This document shows positions 34,801 to 47,900 of a stretch of 64,000 bases of DNA, piece by piece. Positions within the stretch are counted from its first letter, which is position 1, and every line of letters begins with the position of its first letter. The notes under the pieces were generated by a model. That model saw only the letters and a program-made list of their open reading frames with translations. It did no database searches and was not told the origin of the DNA. The position numbers were made by a program, and so were the translations under genes. This DNA comes from Eutreptiella sp. 'Long Island Sound 2002' (lineage: Eukaryota; Protista; Euglenida): positions 53,072,001 to 53,136,000 of the forward strand of contig OZ038378.1 in the NCBI GenBank assembly GCA_964036045.1, written 5' to 3'.

Positions 34801-37800
34801 TCCGCCCCAAAACACGGGCCCATTGTGTGTGTGTGTTTCTCTCTAAGTAAAGCCCCAAGTAGCAACTGTCGCCAAGTTTTTTTCATTGAAATTGGTGTTG
34901 TCTAAATGGATCAGTGCACCTCAAAAATGCGCTCGACGATCCGCCCGTGATCAGGGGCCCATTCCTTCCGTTTTCAACAAATAGGGGTTCTATGTGAAGT
35001 GCCAAGTACTAGCTCTCGCCGGAAATTCTTTTCAATGACATTGGTGTGCACTCCACAATGGGCCCTAGAACAAGGCCCACTGTTTCCATGTTTAACAAGC
35101 AAGGGTTCTATGTAAAGCCCTAGGTACTAGTTAACCATAACATTTTGTCATTGAAAATCGGTGTTGTCTATTTAGTGCACTAGGCCTTCAAAGTGCGCTC
35201 TATTCCCGCCCCAAAAAAAGGCCCCATGGTTTCCTGCTTTAAAAGTAGTGCTTGTATGCAAAGCCCCAAATACCAGCTCTCAGTAGGACCTTTTCTCCTT
35301 GCAATTCGTGTTGTCGATTTAGAGCACTTGGGCTCCAACGTGCACTTGACCATCCACCCCAGAACAAGGCCAACTATTTCCGTTTTTAAACAATAGGGGT
35401 TCTATGTAAAGCCCCAAGTACGAGCTCTCACCAAAACTGTTTTTCATTGATATTGGTGTTGTCTAGTTAGAGCAACGGACCTCTAAAGTGCGCTCCAACA
35501 GGGGCCAAACAAAAAGGCCCACTATTTTGACTTTTGACTAGGAGAGGTGGTATGTCAAGCCCCAAGTACCCTGTCACCATCAATCTTTTTAATGGAAATT
35601 CCTGGTGTTTAGTTAGACCATTAAACCTCCAAAAGGCAATCCAGTATGCGCCCTAGAACACGACCCCACAAATTTCATTTTTAGCATGCAGGGCTTCTAT
35701 GCAAAGCCCCGGGAACAACTCTCACCAAAACCTTTTTTCATTGAAATTGGTGTTGCCTACTTCAAGCACTAGACATCCAAAGTACACTCCACTCTCGGCT
35801 CCAAAATGGGGCCGCATCGTTTGATGCGTTTGATAAGTAGGGGCGTGGTGTACAGCCCCAAGTACCAAGTCTCACCAGAGCCTTGTTTTATTGGAATTGG
35901 TGTTCTCTACTCGGAGCACTAGACCTCCAAGGTGCGCTCGGGCCTAGACGGGGGGTCCACTATTTCCATTTCTTCGCAAGATGGGGTTCCATGTAAAGCC
36001 CCAAGTACTACCTGCCACCACAACACTTTTTGATTGATTGGTGTTGTCCACTAAGGGCTTTGGACGTCCAAAGTGTGCTCCACTATCCGCCCCAAAGCAA
36101 CGGCCCACTTTTTCCATCCTAACAAATGGTGGTTCTATGCACACACCCGAGTACCAGCTCTCACCGTAACTCTTTGTCATTGAAATTTATGCAGTCAACT
36201 TAGAGTCTTAGGCGTCCAAAGTGTGCTTGACTATCGACCCTAGATACTTATTAATAAGTAGGGCTTCCATGTAAAGCCCCAAAACCTAGCTATGAGCCAA
36301 ATTGTTTTTCATTGTGTTGTCCACCTAGATCATTGGATCTCCAAAGTGTGCTCTACTATTCGCGTCAAAAAAGGGGCCCACTTGTTTGATGTCTTCAAAA
36401 GTGGGGGTTCTATGTAGAGCCCCAACCAGCTCTCACTGTAACCTTTTTTCATTGCAATTGGTGTTCCTTACTTACATAATCGAACCTCTAAAATGTGCTC
36501 CAATGTGTGCCTCGGGAAAGAAGCCCGGTATTTGGTTTTTATTAGGTAGGGGTTCTATCATAAACCCCAATCACTAGCTCGCAGCACAACTCCCTTTCAT
36601 TGAAATTGGTGTGGTATAGTGAGAGCACTAGAGCTTCAAAGTGCCCTCCACTATCCGCCCCAAAACACGGGCCCATTGTGTGTGTGTGTTCCTCTCTAAG
36701 TAGAGCCCCAAGTAGCAACTGTCGCCAAGTTTTTTTCATTGAAATTGGTGTTGTCTAAATGGATCAGTGCACCTCAAAAATGCGCTCGACGATCCGCCCG
36801 TGATCAGGGGCCCATTCCTTCCGTTTTCAACAAATAGGGGTTCTATGTGAAGTGCCAAGTACCAGCTCTCGCCGGCAATTCTTTTCAATGACATTGGTGT
36901 GCACTCCACAATGGGCCCTAGAACAAGGCCCACTGTTTCCATGTTTAACAAGCAAGGGTTCTATGTAAAGCCCTAGGTACTAATTAACCATAACATTTTG
37001 TCATTGAAAATCGGTGTTGTCTATTTAGTGCACTAGGCCTTCAAAGTGCGCTCTATTCCCGCCCCAAAAAAAGGCCCCATGGTTTCCTGCTTTAAAAGTA
37101 GTATGCAAAGCCCCAAATACCAGCTCTCACTAGGACCTTTTCTCCTTGCAATTCGTGTTGTCGATTTAGAGCACTTGGGCTCCAACGTGCACTTGACCAT
37201 CCACCCCAGAAAAAGGCCAACTATTTCCGTTTTTAAACAATAGGGGTTCTATGTAAAGCCCCAAGTACTAGCTCTCACCAAAACTGTTTTTCATTGATAT
37301 TGGTGTTGTCTAGTTAGAGCAACGGACCTCTAAAGTGCGCTCCAACAAGGGCCAAACAAAAAGGCCCACTATTTTGACTTTTGACTAGGAGAGGTGGTAT
37401 GTCAAGCCCCAAGTACCCTGTCACCATCAATCTTTTTAATGGAAATTCCTGTTGTCTAGTTAGACCATTCAACCTCCAAAAGGCAATCCAGTATGCGCCC
37501 TAGAGAACGACCCCACAAATTTCATTTTTAGCATGTAGGGCTTCTATGCAAAGCCCCGGGAACAGCTCTCACCAAAACCTTTTTTCATTGAAATTGGTGT
37601 TGCCTACTTCAAGCACTAGACATCCAAAGTACACTCCACTCTCGGCTCCAAAATGGGGCCGCATCGTTTGATGCGTTTGATAAGTAGGGGCGTGGTGTAC
37701 AGCCCCAAGTACCAAGTCTCACCAGAGCCTTGTTTTATTGGAATTGGTGTTCTCTACTCGGAGCACTAGACCTCCAAGGTGCGCTCGGGCCTAGACGGGG

Positions 37801-40800
37801 GGTCCACTATTTCCATTTCTTCGCAAGATGGAGTTCCATGTAAAGCCCCAAGTACTACCTGCCACCACAACACTTTTTGATTGATTGGTGTTGTCCACTA
37901 AGGGCTTTGGACGTCCAAAGTGTGCTCCACTATCCGCCCCAAAGCAACGGCCCACTTTTTCCATCCTAACAAATGGTGGTTCTATGCACACACCCGAGTA
38001 CCAGCTCTCACCGTAACTCTTTGTCATTGAAATTTATGTAGTCAACTTAGAGTCTTAGGCGTCCAAAGTGTGCTTGACTATCGACCCTAGATACTTATTA
38101 ATAAGTAGGGCTTCCATGTAAAGCCCCAAAACCTAGCTATGAGCCAAATTGTTTTTCATTGTGTTGTCCACCTAGATCATTGGATCTCCAAAGTGTGCTC
38201 TACTATTCGCGTCAAAAAAGGGGCCCACTTGTTTGATGTCTTCAAAAGTGGGGGTTCTATGTAGAGCCCCAACCAGCTCTCACTGTAACCTTTTTTCATT
38301 GCAATTGGTGTTCCTTACTTACATAATCGAACCTCTAAAATGTGCTCCAATGTGTGCCTCGGGAAAGAAGCCCGGTATTTGGTTTTTATTAGGTAGGGGT
38401 TCTATCTTAAACCCCAATCACTAGCTCGCAGCACAACTCCCTTTCATTGAAATTGGTGTGGTATAGTGAGAGCACTAGAGCTTCAAAGTGCCCTCCACTA
38501 TCCGCCCCAAAACACGGGCCCATTGTGTGTGTGTGTTCCTCTCTAAGTAGAGCCCCAAGTAGCAACTGTCGCCAAGTTTTTTTCATTGAAATTGGTGTTG
38601 TCTAAATGGATCAGTGCACCTCAAAAATGCGCTCGACGATCCGCCCGTGATCAGGGGCCCATTCCTTCCGTTTTCAACATATAGGGGTTCTATGTGAAGT
38701 GCCAAGTACCAGCTCTCGCCGGCAATTCTTTTCAATGACATTGGTGTGCACTCCACAATGGGCCCTAGAACAAGGCCCACTGTTTCCATGTTTAACAAGC
38801 AAGGGTTCTATGTAAAGCCCTAGGTACTAATTAACCATAACATTTTGTCATTGAAAATCGGTGTTGTCTATTTAGTGCACTAGGCCTTCAAAGTGCGCTC
38901 TATTCCCGCCCCAAAAAAAGGCCCCATGGTTTCCTGCTTTAAAAGTAGTATGCAAAGCCCCAAATACCAGCTCTCACTAGGACCTTTTCTCCTTGCAATT
39001 CGTGTTGTCGATTTAGAGCACTTGGGCTCCAACGTGCACTTGACCATCCACCCCAGAACAAGGCCAACTATTTCCGTTTTTAAACAATTGGGGTTCTATG
39101 TAAAGCCCCAAGTACTAGCTCTCACCAAAACTGTTTTTCATTGATATTGGTGTTGTCTAGTTAGAGCAACGGACCTCTAAAGTGCGCTCCAACAAGGGCC
39201 AAACAGAAAGGCTCACTATTTTGACTTTCGCTAGGAGAGGTGGTATGTCAAGCCCCAAGTACCCTGTCACCATCAATCTTTTTAATGGAAATTCCTGTTG
39301 TCTAGTTAGACCATTCAACCTCCAAAAGGCAATCCAGTATGCGCCCTAGAGAACGACCCCACAAATTTCATTTTTAGCATGTAGGGCTTCTATGCAAAGC
39401 CCCGGGAACAGCTCTCACCAAAACCTTTTTTCATTGAAATTGGTGTTGCCTACTTCAAGCACTAGACATCCAAAGTACACTCCACTCTCGGCTCCAAAAT
39501 GGGGCCGCATCGTTTGATGCGTTTGATAAGTAGGGGCGTGGTGTACAGCCCCAAGTACCAAGTCTCACCAGAGCCTTGTTTTATTGGAATTGGTGTTCTC
39601 TACTCGGAGCACTAGACCTCCAAGGTGCGCTGGGGCCTAGACGGGGGGTCCACTATTTCCATTTCTTCGCAAGATGGAGTTCCATGTAAAGCCCCAAGTA
39701 CTACCTGCCACCACAACACTTTTTGATTGATTGGTGTTGTCCACTAAGGGCTTTGGACGTCCAAAGTGTGCTCCACTATCCGCCCCAAAGCAACGGCCCA
39801 CTTTTTCCATCCTAACAAATGGTGGTTCTATGCACACACCCGAGTACCAGCTCTCACCGTAACTCTTTGTCATTGAAATTTATGTACTCAACTTAGAGTC
39901 TTAGGCGTCCAAAGTGTGCTTGACTATCGACCCTAGATACTTATTAACAAGTAGGGCTTCCATGTAAAGCCCCAAAACCTAGCTATGAGCCAAATTGTTT
40001 TTCATTGTGTTGTCCACCTAGATCATTGGATCTCCAAAGTGTGCTCTACTATTCGCGTCAAAAAAGGGGCCCACTTGTTTGATGTCTTCAAAAGTGGGGG
40101 TTCTATGTAGAGCCCCAACCAGCTCTCACTGTAACCTTTTTTCATTGCAATTGGTGTTCCTTACTTACATAATCGAACCTCTAAAATGTGATCCAATGTG
40201 TGCCTCGGGAAAGAAGCCCGGTATTTGGTTTTTATTAGGTAGGGGTTCTATCTTCAACCCCAATCACTAGCTCGCAGCACAACTCCCTTTCATTGAAATT
40301 GGTGTGGTATAGTGAGAGCACTAGAGCTTCAAAGTGCCCTCCACTATCCGCCCCAAAACACGGGCCCATTGTGTGTGTGTGTTTCTCTCTAAGTAGAGCC
40401 CCAAGTAGCAACTGTCGCCAAGTTTTTTTCATTGAAATTGGTGTTGTCTAAATGGATCAGTGCACCTCAAAAATGCGCTCGACGATCCGCCCGTGATCAG
40501 GGGCCCATTCCTTCCGTTTTCAACAAATAGGGGTTCTATGTGAAGTGCCAAGTACCAGCTCTCGCCGGAAATTCTTTTCAATGACATTGGTGTGCACTCC
40601 ACAATGGGCCCTAGAACAAGGCCCACTGTTTCCATGTTTAACAAGCAAGGGTTCTATGTAAAGCCCTAGGTACTAATTAACCATAACATTTTGTCATTGA
40701 AAATCGGTGTTGTCTATTTAGTGCACTGGGCCTTCAAAGTGCGCTCTATTCCCGCCCCAAAAAAAAGGCCCCATGGTTTCCTGCTTTAAAAGTAGTGCTT

Positions 40801-41077
40801 GTATGCAAAGCCCCAAATACCAGCTCTCACTAGGACCTTTTCTCCTTGCAATTCGTGTTGTCGATTTAGAGCACTTGGGCTCCAACGTGCACTTGACCAT
40901 CCACCCCAGAACAAGGCCAACTATTTCCGTTTTTAAACAATAGGGGTTCTATGTAAAGCCCCAAGTACTAGCTCTCACCAAAACTGTTTTTCATTGATAT
41001 TGGTGTTGTCTAGTTAGAGCGACGGACCTCTAAAGTGCGCTCCAACAGGGGCCAAACAAAAAGCCGACTATTTTGAC
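25897..41077. repeat. Homogeneous 13-monomer higher-order repeat array: 8 full copies plus a 3-monomer partial
   Basis: The M1 anchor CATTGAAA occurs at 25897, 27750, 29603, 31456, 33303, 35149, 37002, 38849 and 40695 (periods 1853, 1853, 1853, 1847, 1846, 1853, 1847, 1846). Thirteen monomer anchors counted between 27750 and 29603 (spacings 116-150 bp). Confidence 0.96.
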
Positions 41078-41957
41078 GGTGTACACATATATTGTGCACA
41101 TCTTCCGTGACTTTGCACAAGAAGGTTCCAATACAACCCTATGCTTCTTCTATAGAAACTTTTGGTAGCTCATGCTTTACACCTTCACTAATAGTGACAT
41201 CTTGCCTAGTACTATTCACAAGGGCGTATCTTTTTGCAACCGGGGGACCCTGCTCTGTTGCCTCATCGGAATAGAGCATTTTGGTCCGAGGGTTAAACCA
41301 CATGTGGTACCAACCGTGCATATAGAAGATCCCGACAGCCAAAATTTGGGCCCCAGTCCATGGCAACGTTGTTTTGGAGGCTTGTGTAGTTGCTGCCAAT
41401 GCAGTTGGAAGATAGTTTTCCAACGCTTGTTGCAGCACTTGATGAGTTCTCAAGAAGCGGGCTGTTGCACTTTATATATGCACTTAGCCACCGAAACCCC
41501 AAATTCACTTTTCAATGTGCAGAGGCTGAAAGTGATGTGGTTTGTGTGGCTGGGGCCCGTGCCTCAAAGCGTGGTGTACGGTAATGGGGACCACTTGAGG
41601 TGTAAGCCATCGGTGGCCCGCCCACAGTGGGTTTGGGGGGGCGGTCCAAATTGAAATCTTGTGCTGCAAGGCGTAAAGCTCTGAAGGACAAGGGAAAGGG
41701 GCAGGGGAATTCTGATTTAGGGTGTATCCCCCAACTAGGGGTTTCTCACCCAGCTTCCGTTGGTATTGTACATGCTTCGGAGGCCGAGGAGAGTGTTGCC
41801 TCTTTTCAGGGTCCAGGGGCGTTGAGTGAGCAACAACATCTTGAACTGATGAGGCAAGCAAAGCTGTTGTGGACACCCGTTGTTGATAGCGACATAGAGC
41901 ATCAACTTGTATTTCTGCTTGGCAGCAGCAGCAGCAGCAGAAGCTGTAGCTGCAGCA
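41078..41957 (-). pseudogene. Non-LTR retrotransposon RT fragment (N-terminal half), copy 1
   Basis: Minus-strand motifs in order: NAPGP* (41823-41806), WLTPQVVPI (41609-41583), HFQPL (41534-41520, YRPI-like), YALVNSTRQDVTISEGVK (41228-41175), *GC (41141-41133, QGC-like). Truncated before YADD; (CTG)n tract at the 5' side. Confidence 0.7.
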
Positions 41958-44900
41958 GTAGTGATTTCTATGTAAAGCACCAAGTAATACCTCGAAGCAC
42001 AACTTTTTTTCATTAAATTTGGTCTTGTCTACTTAGAGGAGTACACCTCAAGAGTGTGCATGATTATCCACGCCGTGACACCGTTCTCTTACTTTCGTTT
42101 TCAAGAGGAGGGGTTCTATGTATAGTCCCAAAGTTGTGTTCACTTATATTGGTGTTAGCTACTTGGAGCACTAGACTTGCAAAGTGAGCTCGATTATGCG
42201 CCCCCGACAAACGGCTCGGTCCTACACTTTTCAATGAAGAGCCCCGAGCATTACCTCACAACAACATTCTATTTTGAAGGACACTTTGTCTACTAGACCT
42301 CAAAAGTGCACTGGACTATCAGCCACATAACAGGGGCTTGCTTTTTGAGATTTTAACAAACAGGGATTCTAAGTAAAGCCCCAAATACTACCTCTCATTA
42401 CATTACATTCATCAGTGCCGTCGACTTAGAGCACTACACCTCCAAGCTGCGGTTGACTATTCGCCACATAACAAGAGCCTCCCATTTCAAATTTCAACAA
42501 CTGCAGGTTCTATTCAACGCCCCAAATCCTACCTAGCACCAAGACTTTTTCTGATCAATATTGGTGTTGGTTGTTTAGGGCACCAAGCTTGCAATGTGCG
42601 CTCAAGTACCCGTCCCATAAAAGGGCCTAATGTTTCAGTGTTAAACAAATAGGGAATCCGCGTAAGACCCCAAGTACTACCTTGCGCGTGAAAACTTCTT
42701 TGTAAGCGTAAAAAAAATTGGTGTCGTCTACTTAGAGCGATGGACGCTCTATTAGCTGCCACAGAAGAGGGGCCCATTGTTGCATCTGTCAACAAGTAGG
42801 AGTTCTATGCAAAACACCAAGTATTACCTTGCAGCAGAGCCTTTTCCAATTGAAATTCGTGTTGTCTACTTACAGCAGTAAACCTCCAAAGTGCTCTCGA
42901 TTATCGGCATCCCAAGAGGGGCCTGTTGTTTCAGTTTTGACAAAGACAAGAATTTCCTTGCAAAACCCCAACCAATACAACGGCACGAGAGACGTGGTTT
43001 TCATTGAAATTGGTGTGTTTACTTAGAGCACTAGACCTTCAAAGAGCACTAGACTATGCACCCCATAATAGGGGGTTGTGATTTCACTTCGTGAGAATAA
43101 GGGGTCCAACATACTACCTCGGACCAAAAGATTGTCTATTAATACTAGTGTTGTCTACTCAGAGGTGTGAACCAATAAAGTGCGCTGGATTATCGCCCCC
43201 AAAAGAGGGGGCAAGTGTTTCAAGATTTTAACAAATAGGGATTCTATGTAAAACCCCAAGTATTACCTCGCACGAGAACCTTTTTTACTTTGAATTGGTG
43301 TTGCCTACATGGAGCACTAGACCTCCAAAGTGCGCACAACTTTTTACCCCATAACAGGGGCCCACGGTTCTTCTATGTAAAGCCCCAATTCTCTCACTAG
43401 AACATTTTTGCGTTGATTATCCGCCATGGAACAAGGACCCATTAATTCATCCCTGAACAAGTAGGAGCTCTGCGTAAAGCATGAAGCACTACCTCGCATC
43501 ACCGCCTTTTTTCATTCACTTTCTCGTTGTCTACTCAGAGCATTTCACGTCCAAAATGTGCTCCACCATCCGCCCCAGAACAAAGCCCATTGTATTGTTC
43601 TTTAACAATTAGGATTTCTTTGTAAACCCCCAAGCATTACCTCGCACAAGAACTTTTTTCATTGAAAATGGTGTTGTTTCATTAGAGCACTAGACCACCA
43701 AAGTGCACTCCAGTACCAGCTCCATAACACGCACGTGCTGTTTTAGCGTTTAACGAATAGGGTTTTCATGTAAATCCCCAAGTGCGAACTCTAACCACAA
43801 CTTTCTTTCATTGAAATTGGTGCTGTCTACTTCGAATACTGATCTTGCAACGGGCAGTTACCTATCCTCCCTACAATAGGGACCCATTGTTTTATGATTT
43901 ATAACGTAGGACCTTGAGGTAAGACCCTATCTCACACATAAACCTTTTTTTAATTGAAATTCATGTTGTCTACATGAAGCATTGGACTTCCAAATTGCGC
44001 TCGACTATCCACCCTAGAACACCGGTCCAACCTTTCAGCTTCTGACGAATAGGGGTCCTATGCAAAGCGCCGGCTGCTACCTCGCTCCGCAACCCTTTTT
44101 CATTTGTTTCGTTAAACTAGGTGTTGTCTACTTATGGCAAGAGACCTTCCAACGGGGCTGGACTATCTGCCCGGTAACAAGGTTACACTGCTAGTAGGGC
44201 CTCAATGTAAAGCCCCAAGTACTACCTCCCACCAAAAGATGCTTTCAATAAAATTGCAGTTATCTCCTTACAGCACTGGACCTCCAAATTGCACTTGATT
44301 ACCCAGCCCAGATGAGGGACCCACTGCTTTTAGGCTTCATCAAGGTGGCATTCGATGTAAAGCCCCAAATACTAGCTCTCACGACAGCCATTTTTCTCCG
44401 ATATTGGTGTTGTCTAATTAGGGCAATGGATCTCGGAAGAGTGCTTGAGCATCCGGCCCAAAACATGGCCGTGCCATTTCGCTGTTTTAAAAGCAACGAT
44501 TCTATGTAAAGCCCCAAGAAGTACCACGCAAAACAAAATTTTTGCATTGAAATTGATGTTGTCTATTCAGAGCATTAGACCTCAAAACTGCACTCCATTG
44601 TCCAATCAATTATAGGGGCGTGATGTTTCAAATTTTAACACATAGGGGTTCTATGTATAATCTCAAGTACTACCACTTCACACCGGAACCTTCATTGGTG
44701 TTCTCTACTTAAAGCTACGCACCTCCAAGCAGCGCTCGAGTATCCATCCCGACAAAGGGGCCCATTGTTTCACCTTTTCATTAATAGGAATTCTATGTAA
44801 AGCCCTCAATATTACCTCGCACCACAAGGTTTTTTCATTGACATTGGTGTTGTCTACTTAGAAGGCGAGAGCTTGAAACGGCGCTTGATTATGCGCCTGA

Positions 44901-47900
44901 CAAGAGGGTGCATTGTTTAAACCTTTAACAAATAGGGGTTCTATATCAACCCCCAAAGAGCACCTCGCACGAGAACATTTTTTCATTGCACATGGTGTTG
45001 TCTACTTGAAGGACTGGCTCTCCCACAAGCCCTCAATTATTTGCCCCATAACAAGAGTCTCATGTTTCAGTTCTTAGCAAGTGAGGGTTTCATGTAGAAC
45101 CCCGAATACCACCTCGCACCAAAACTTTTCTTCATCACTGTTGGTGTTGTCTACTTGGAGCAATGCACCTACAAGCAGCGTGCATCCACACTGCGCTGAA
45201 GTGTCCGCTTCACAACACGGGCCCAATGATTCCGTTTTCAACAAGTAGCGGTGCTACGTAAGACCCCAAGAAGTAGATGTCACCGCAACCGTTTTTCATT
45301 TAAATCGTGTTGTCTTTTTGGAACAAAAAATGTCCAAAGCAAGGTCAACCATCCGCCCAAAAATAGGGGCGCACTCTTTCATGAGGGCTCCAAGAGGGGT
45401 TCTTTGTAAAGTCCTAAACAATTACTCTCGTAATAACATTTTTTTCGCTAGACCACCAACAGGAGCTCAACTATCTGCCCCAAAATAGTGGTCCACAATT
45501 TTTGTTTTTATTAGGTGGGATTCTATGTGAAGCTGCAAGTGCTAGCTCTCACCACAACCCCTTGTCATTGAAATTGGTTGTGTCTACCTAGAGCAATCGA
45601 CCCCCAACGAGCGCTAAACCATCCGCACAAAATTAGGACCCACTTATTTCGTGTCTTCAAAACTGGGAGTTCTATGTAACTCCCCAAATTCTGGCTCTCA
45701 CCATAAGCTTTGTTCATTGAAATTGATGTTGCCTACTTGGAGCACTAGACCTCCAAAATTTGGTCCACTATGCGCCCGTGAAAAGGGGCCCAGTATTTTT
45801 GGTTTTGTTAAGAAGCAATCGTTTGTAAAACCCTAATTCAATTACTAGCTGTCACCATAACTATTTTTCCTTGAAATTGGTGTGGTCTACTTGAGGCACT
45901 AGAGCTCCAAAGCGCACTTGACTATCCGTGCCGAAACGGCCGCCCATTGTTTCTCTCTATGTTAAGCCCCTAGTAGCAACTCTGACCATAAGCTTATTTC
46001 ATTGAAATTGGTGTTGTATAGTAGAGCAGTGGACCTAAAGAGTGCCGTTAACCATCCGCTGTTAAAGAGGGGCCCACTATTTCGCTTTTCAACAAAGATA
46101 ATTTCTATGTAAAGCCCCAAGTACCGGCTCTCACCCAAATCTTTTTTGATTGAAATAGGTATTGTCTACTTGGAGCACCTGACCGCCAAAGTGCGCTCGA
46201 CTATCCGCCCCTGCACAAAGGCCCATTGTTCATGTTATCAGCTTAGAGCACTAGAGCTCCAAAGGGCGCTAGACTAGCCGCCCTAGAACCGGCGCCTACC
46301 AAAAAGGGGGCCCATTGTTTCCTAGTTTAACAAGTCGGGGTTCAATCCAAAACTCCAAGTACTACCTCCGCCCACGGCTTTTGTTCATTGGTGGTGTCTA
46401 CTTAGAGCACTAGGCATCCACACTGCGCTCAACTGTCCGCTTCACAACAGGGGCCCAATGATTCCGTTTTCAACAAGTAGGGGTGCTACGTAAGACCCCA
46501 AGAAGTAGATGTCACCGCAACCGTTTTTTATTTAAATCGTGTTGTCTTTTTGGAACAAAAAATGTCCAAAGCACGGTCAACCATCCGCCCAAAAATAGGG
46601 GCGCACTCTTTCATGAGGACTCCAAGAGGGTTTCTTTGTAAAGTCCTAAATAATTACTCTCGTAATAACATTCTTCTCGCTAGACCACCAATAGAAGCTC
46701 AACTATCTGCCCCAAAAAAGTGGTCCACTGTTTTGGTTTTTTTTAGGTGGGATTCTATGTGAAGCTGCAAGTGCTAGCTCTCACCACAACCCCTTGTCAT
46801 TGAAATTGGTCGTGTCTACTTAGAGCACTCGACCCCCAACGAGCGCTAAACCATCCGCACAAAATTAGGACCCACTTATTTCGTGTCTTCAAAAGCAGGG
46901 GTTCTATGTAACTCCCCAAGTTCTGGCTCTCACCATAAGCTTTGTTCATTGAAATTGATGTTGCCTACTTGGAGCACTAGACCTCCAAAATTTGGTCCAC
47001 TATGCGCCCGTGAAAAGGGGCCCAGTATTTTTGGTTTTGTTAAGAAGCAATTGTTTGTAAAACCCTAATTCAATTACTAGCTGTCACCATAACTATTTTT
47101 CCTTGAAATTGGTGTGGTCTACTTAAGGCACTAGAGCTCCAAAGTGCACTTGACTATCCGTGCCGAAACGGCCGCCCATTGTTTCTCTCTATGTTAAGCC
47201 CCTAGTAGCAACTCTGACCATAAGCTTATTTCATTGAAATTGGTGTTGTATAGTAGAGCAGTGGACCTAAAGAGTGCCGTTAACCATCCGCTGTTAAAGA
47301 GGGGCCCACTATTTCGCTTTTCAACAAAGATAATTTCTATGTAAAGCCCCAAGTACCGGCTCACCCGAATCTTTTTTGATTGAAATTGGTATTGTCTACT
47401 TGGAGCACCTGACCACCAAAGTGCGCTTGACTATCCGCACCTACACAAGGGCCCATTGTTTTATGTTTTCAGCGGTAGGGCGTGTATGCAAAGTACCAAA
47501 CACCAACTCTCGCCATTGCCATGTTTTCATTGAAATCGGTGTTGTCTACTTAGAGCCACAGACCTCCAAACTGCGCCCCCTTGTCCGCCATAACGAAAAT
47601 AGCAAGCCGCAGCTACCCTCTCATCAAAATTTTTTGCAATCGAATTCATTGTCGTGCAGTTGGAGCACTGGACCTCAAAAAGGTACTCCACTATGCGCCG
47701 CACAAAACGCGCGCACTGTTCAGAAGTAAGTCTTCCATGTAAAGCCCATAGTGCGAGCTGTCACCGTAACCTTTTTTCATTGAAAATGGTGTTGTCTATG
47801 TAAAGCACTAGACCTCCAAAGTGCACTCCACTATCGGCCGCAAAACACGGGCTCATTGTTCCAAGCTTTTTAAACAATAGGGGTTCTATGTGAAGCCCCA

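Larger units (their letters stand above)
15114..45181. repeat. Tandem segmental duplication, copy 1 (30,068 bp, contains the expanded HOR array)
   Basis: GCATCCACACTGCGC at 15114 recurs at the junction 45182. Matching ORFs and insertions recur at offsets ~31,300-31,255 before the HOR array and ~18,270-18,300 after it. Confidence 0.85.

Noticed and set aside
25897-41077. CENP-B box in the HOR
   Set aside because: I did not find the TTCG-N4-A-N2-CGGG core by eye in the monomer types examined, and there is no reason to expect it outside mammals.
25897-41077. HOR array as a pure assembly artefact
   Set aside because: Copies carry distinct, hierarchically shared indels and substitutions, which an artefactual repeat would not produce. 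Exact copy number still needs read support.
41480-41508. NLGFRW (minus strand) as the RT Q-x-GFR motif
   Set aside because: It overlaps the frame that carries the better-placed SLCTL..VAKCIYK segment just after the RPI-like motif, so it is probably coincidental.
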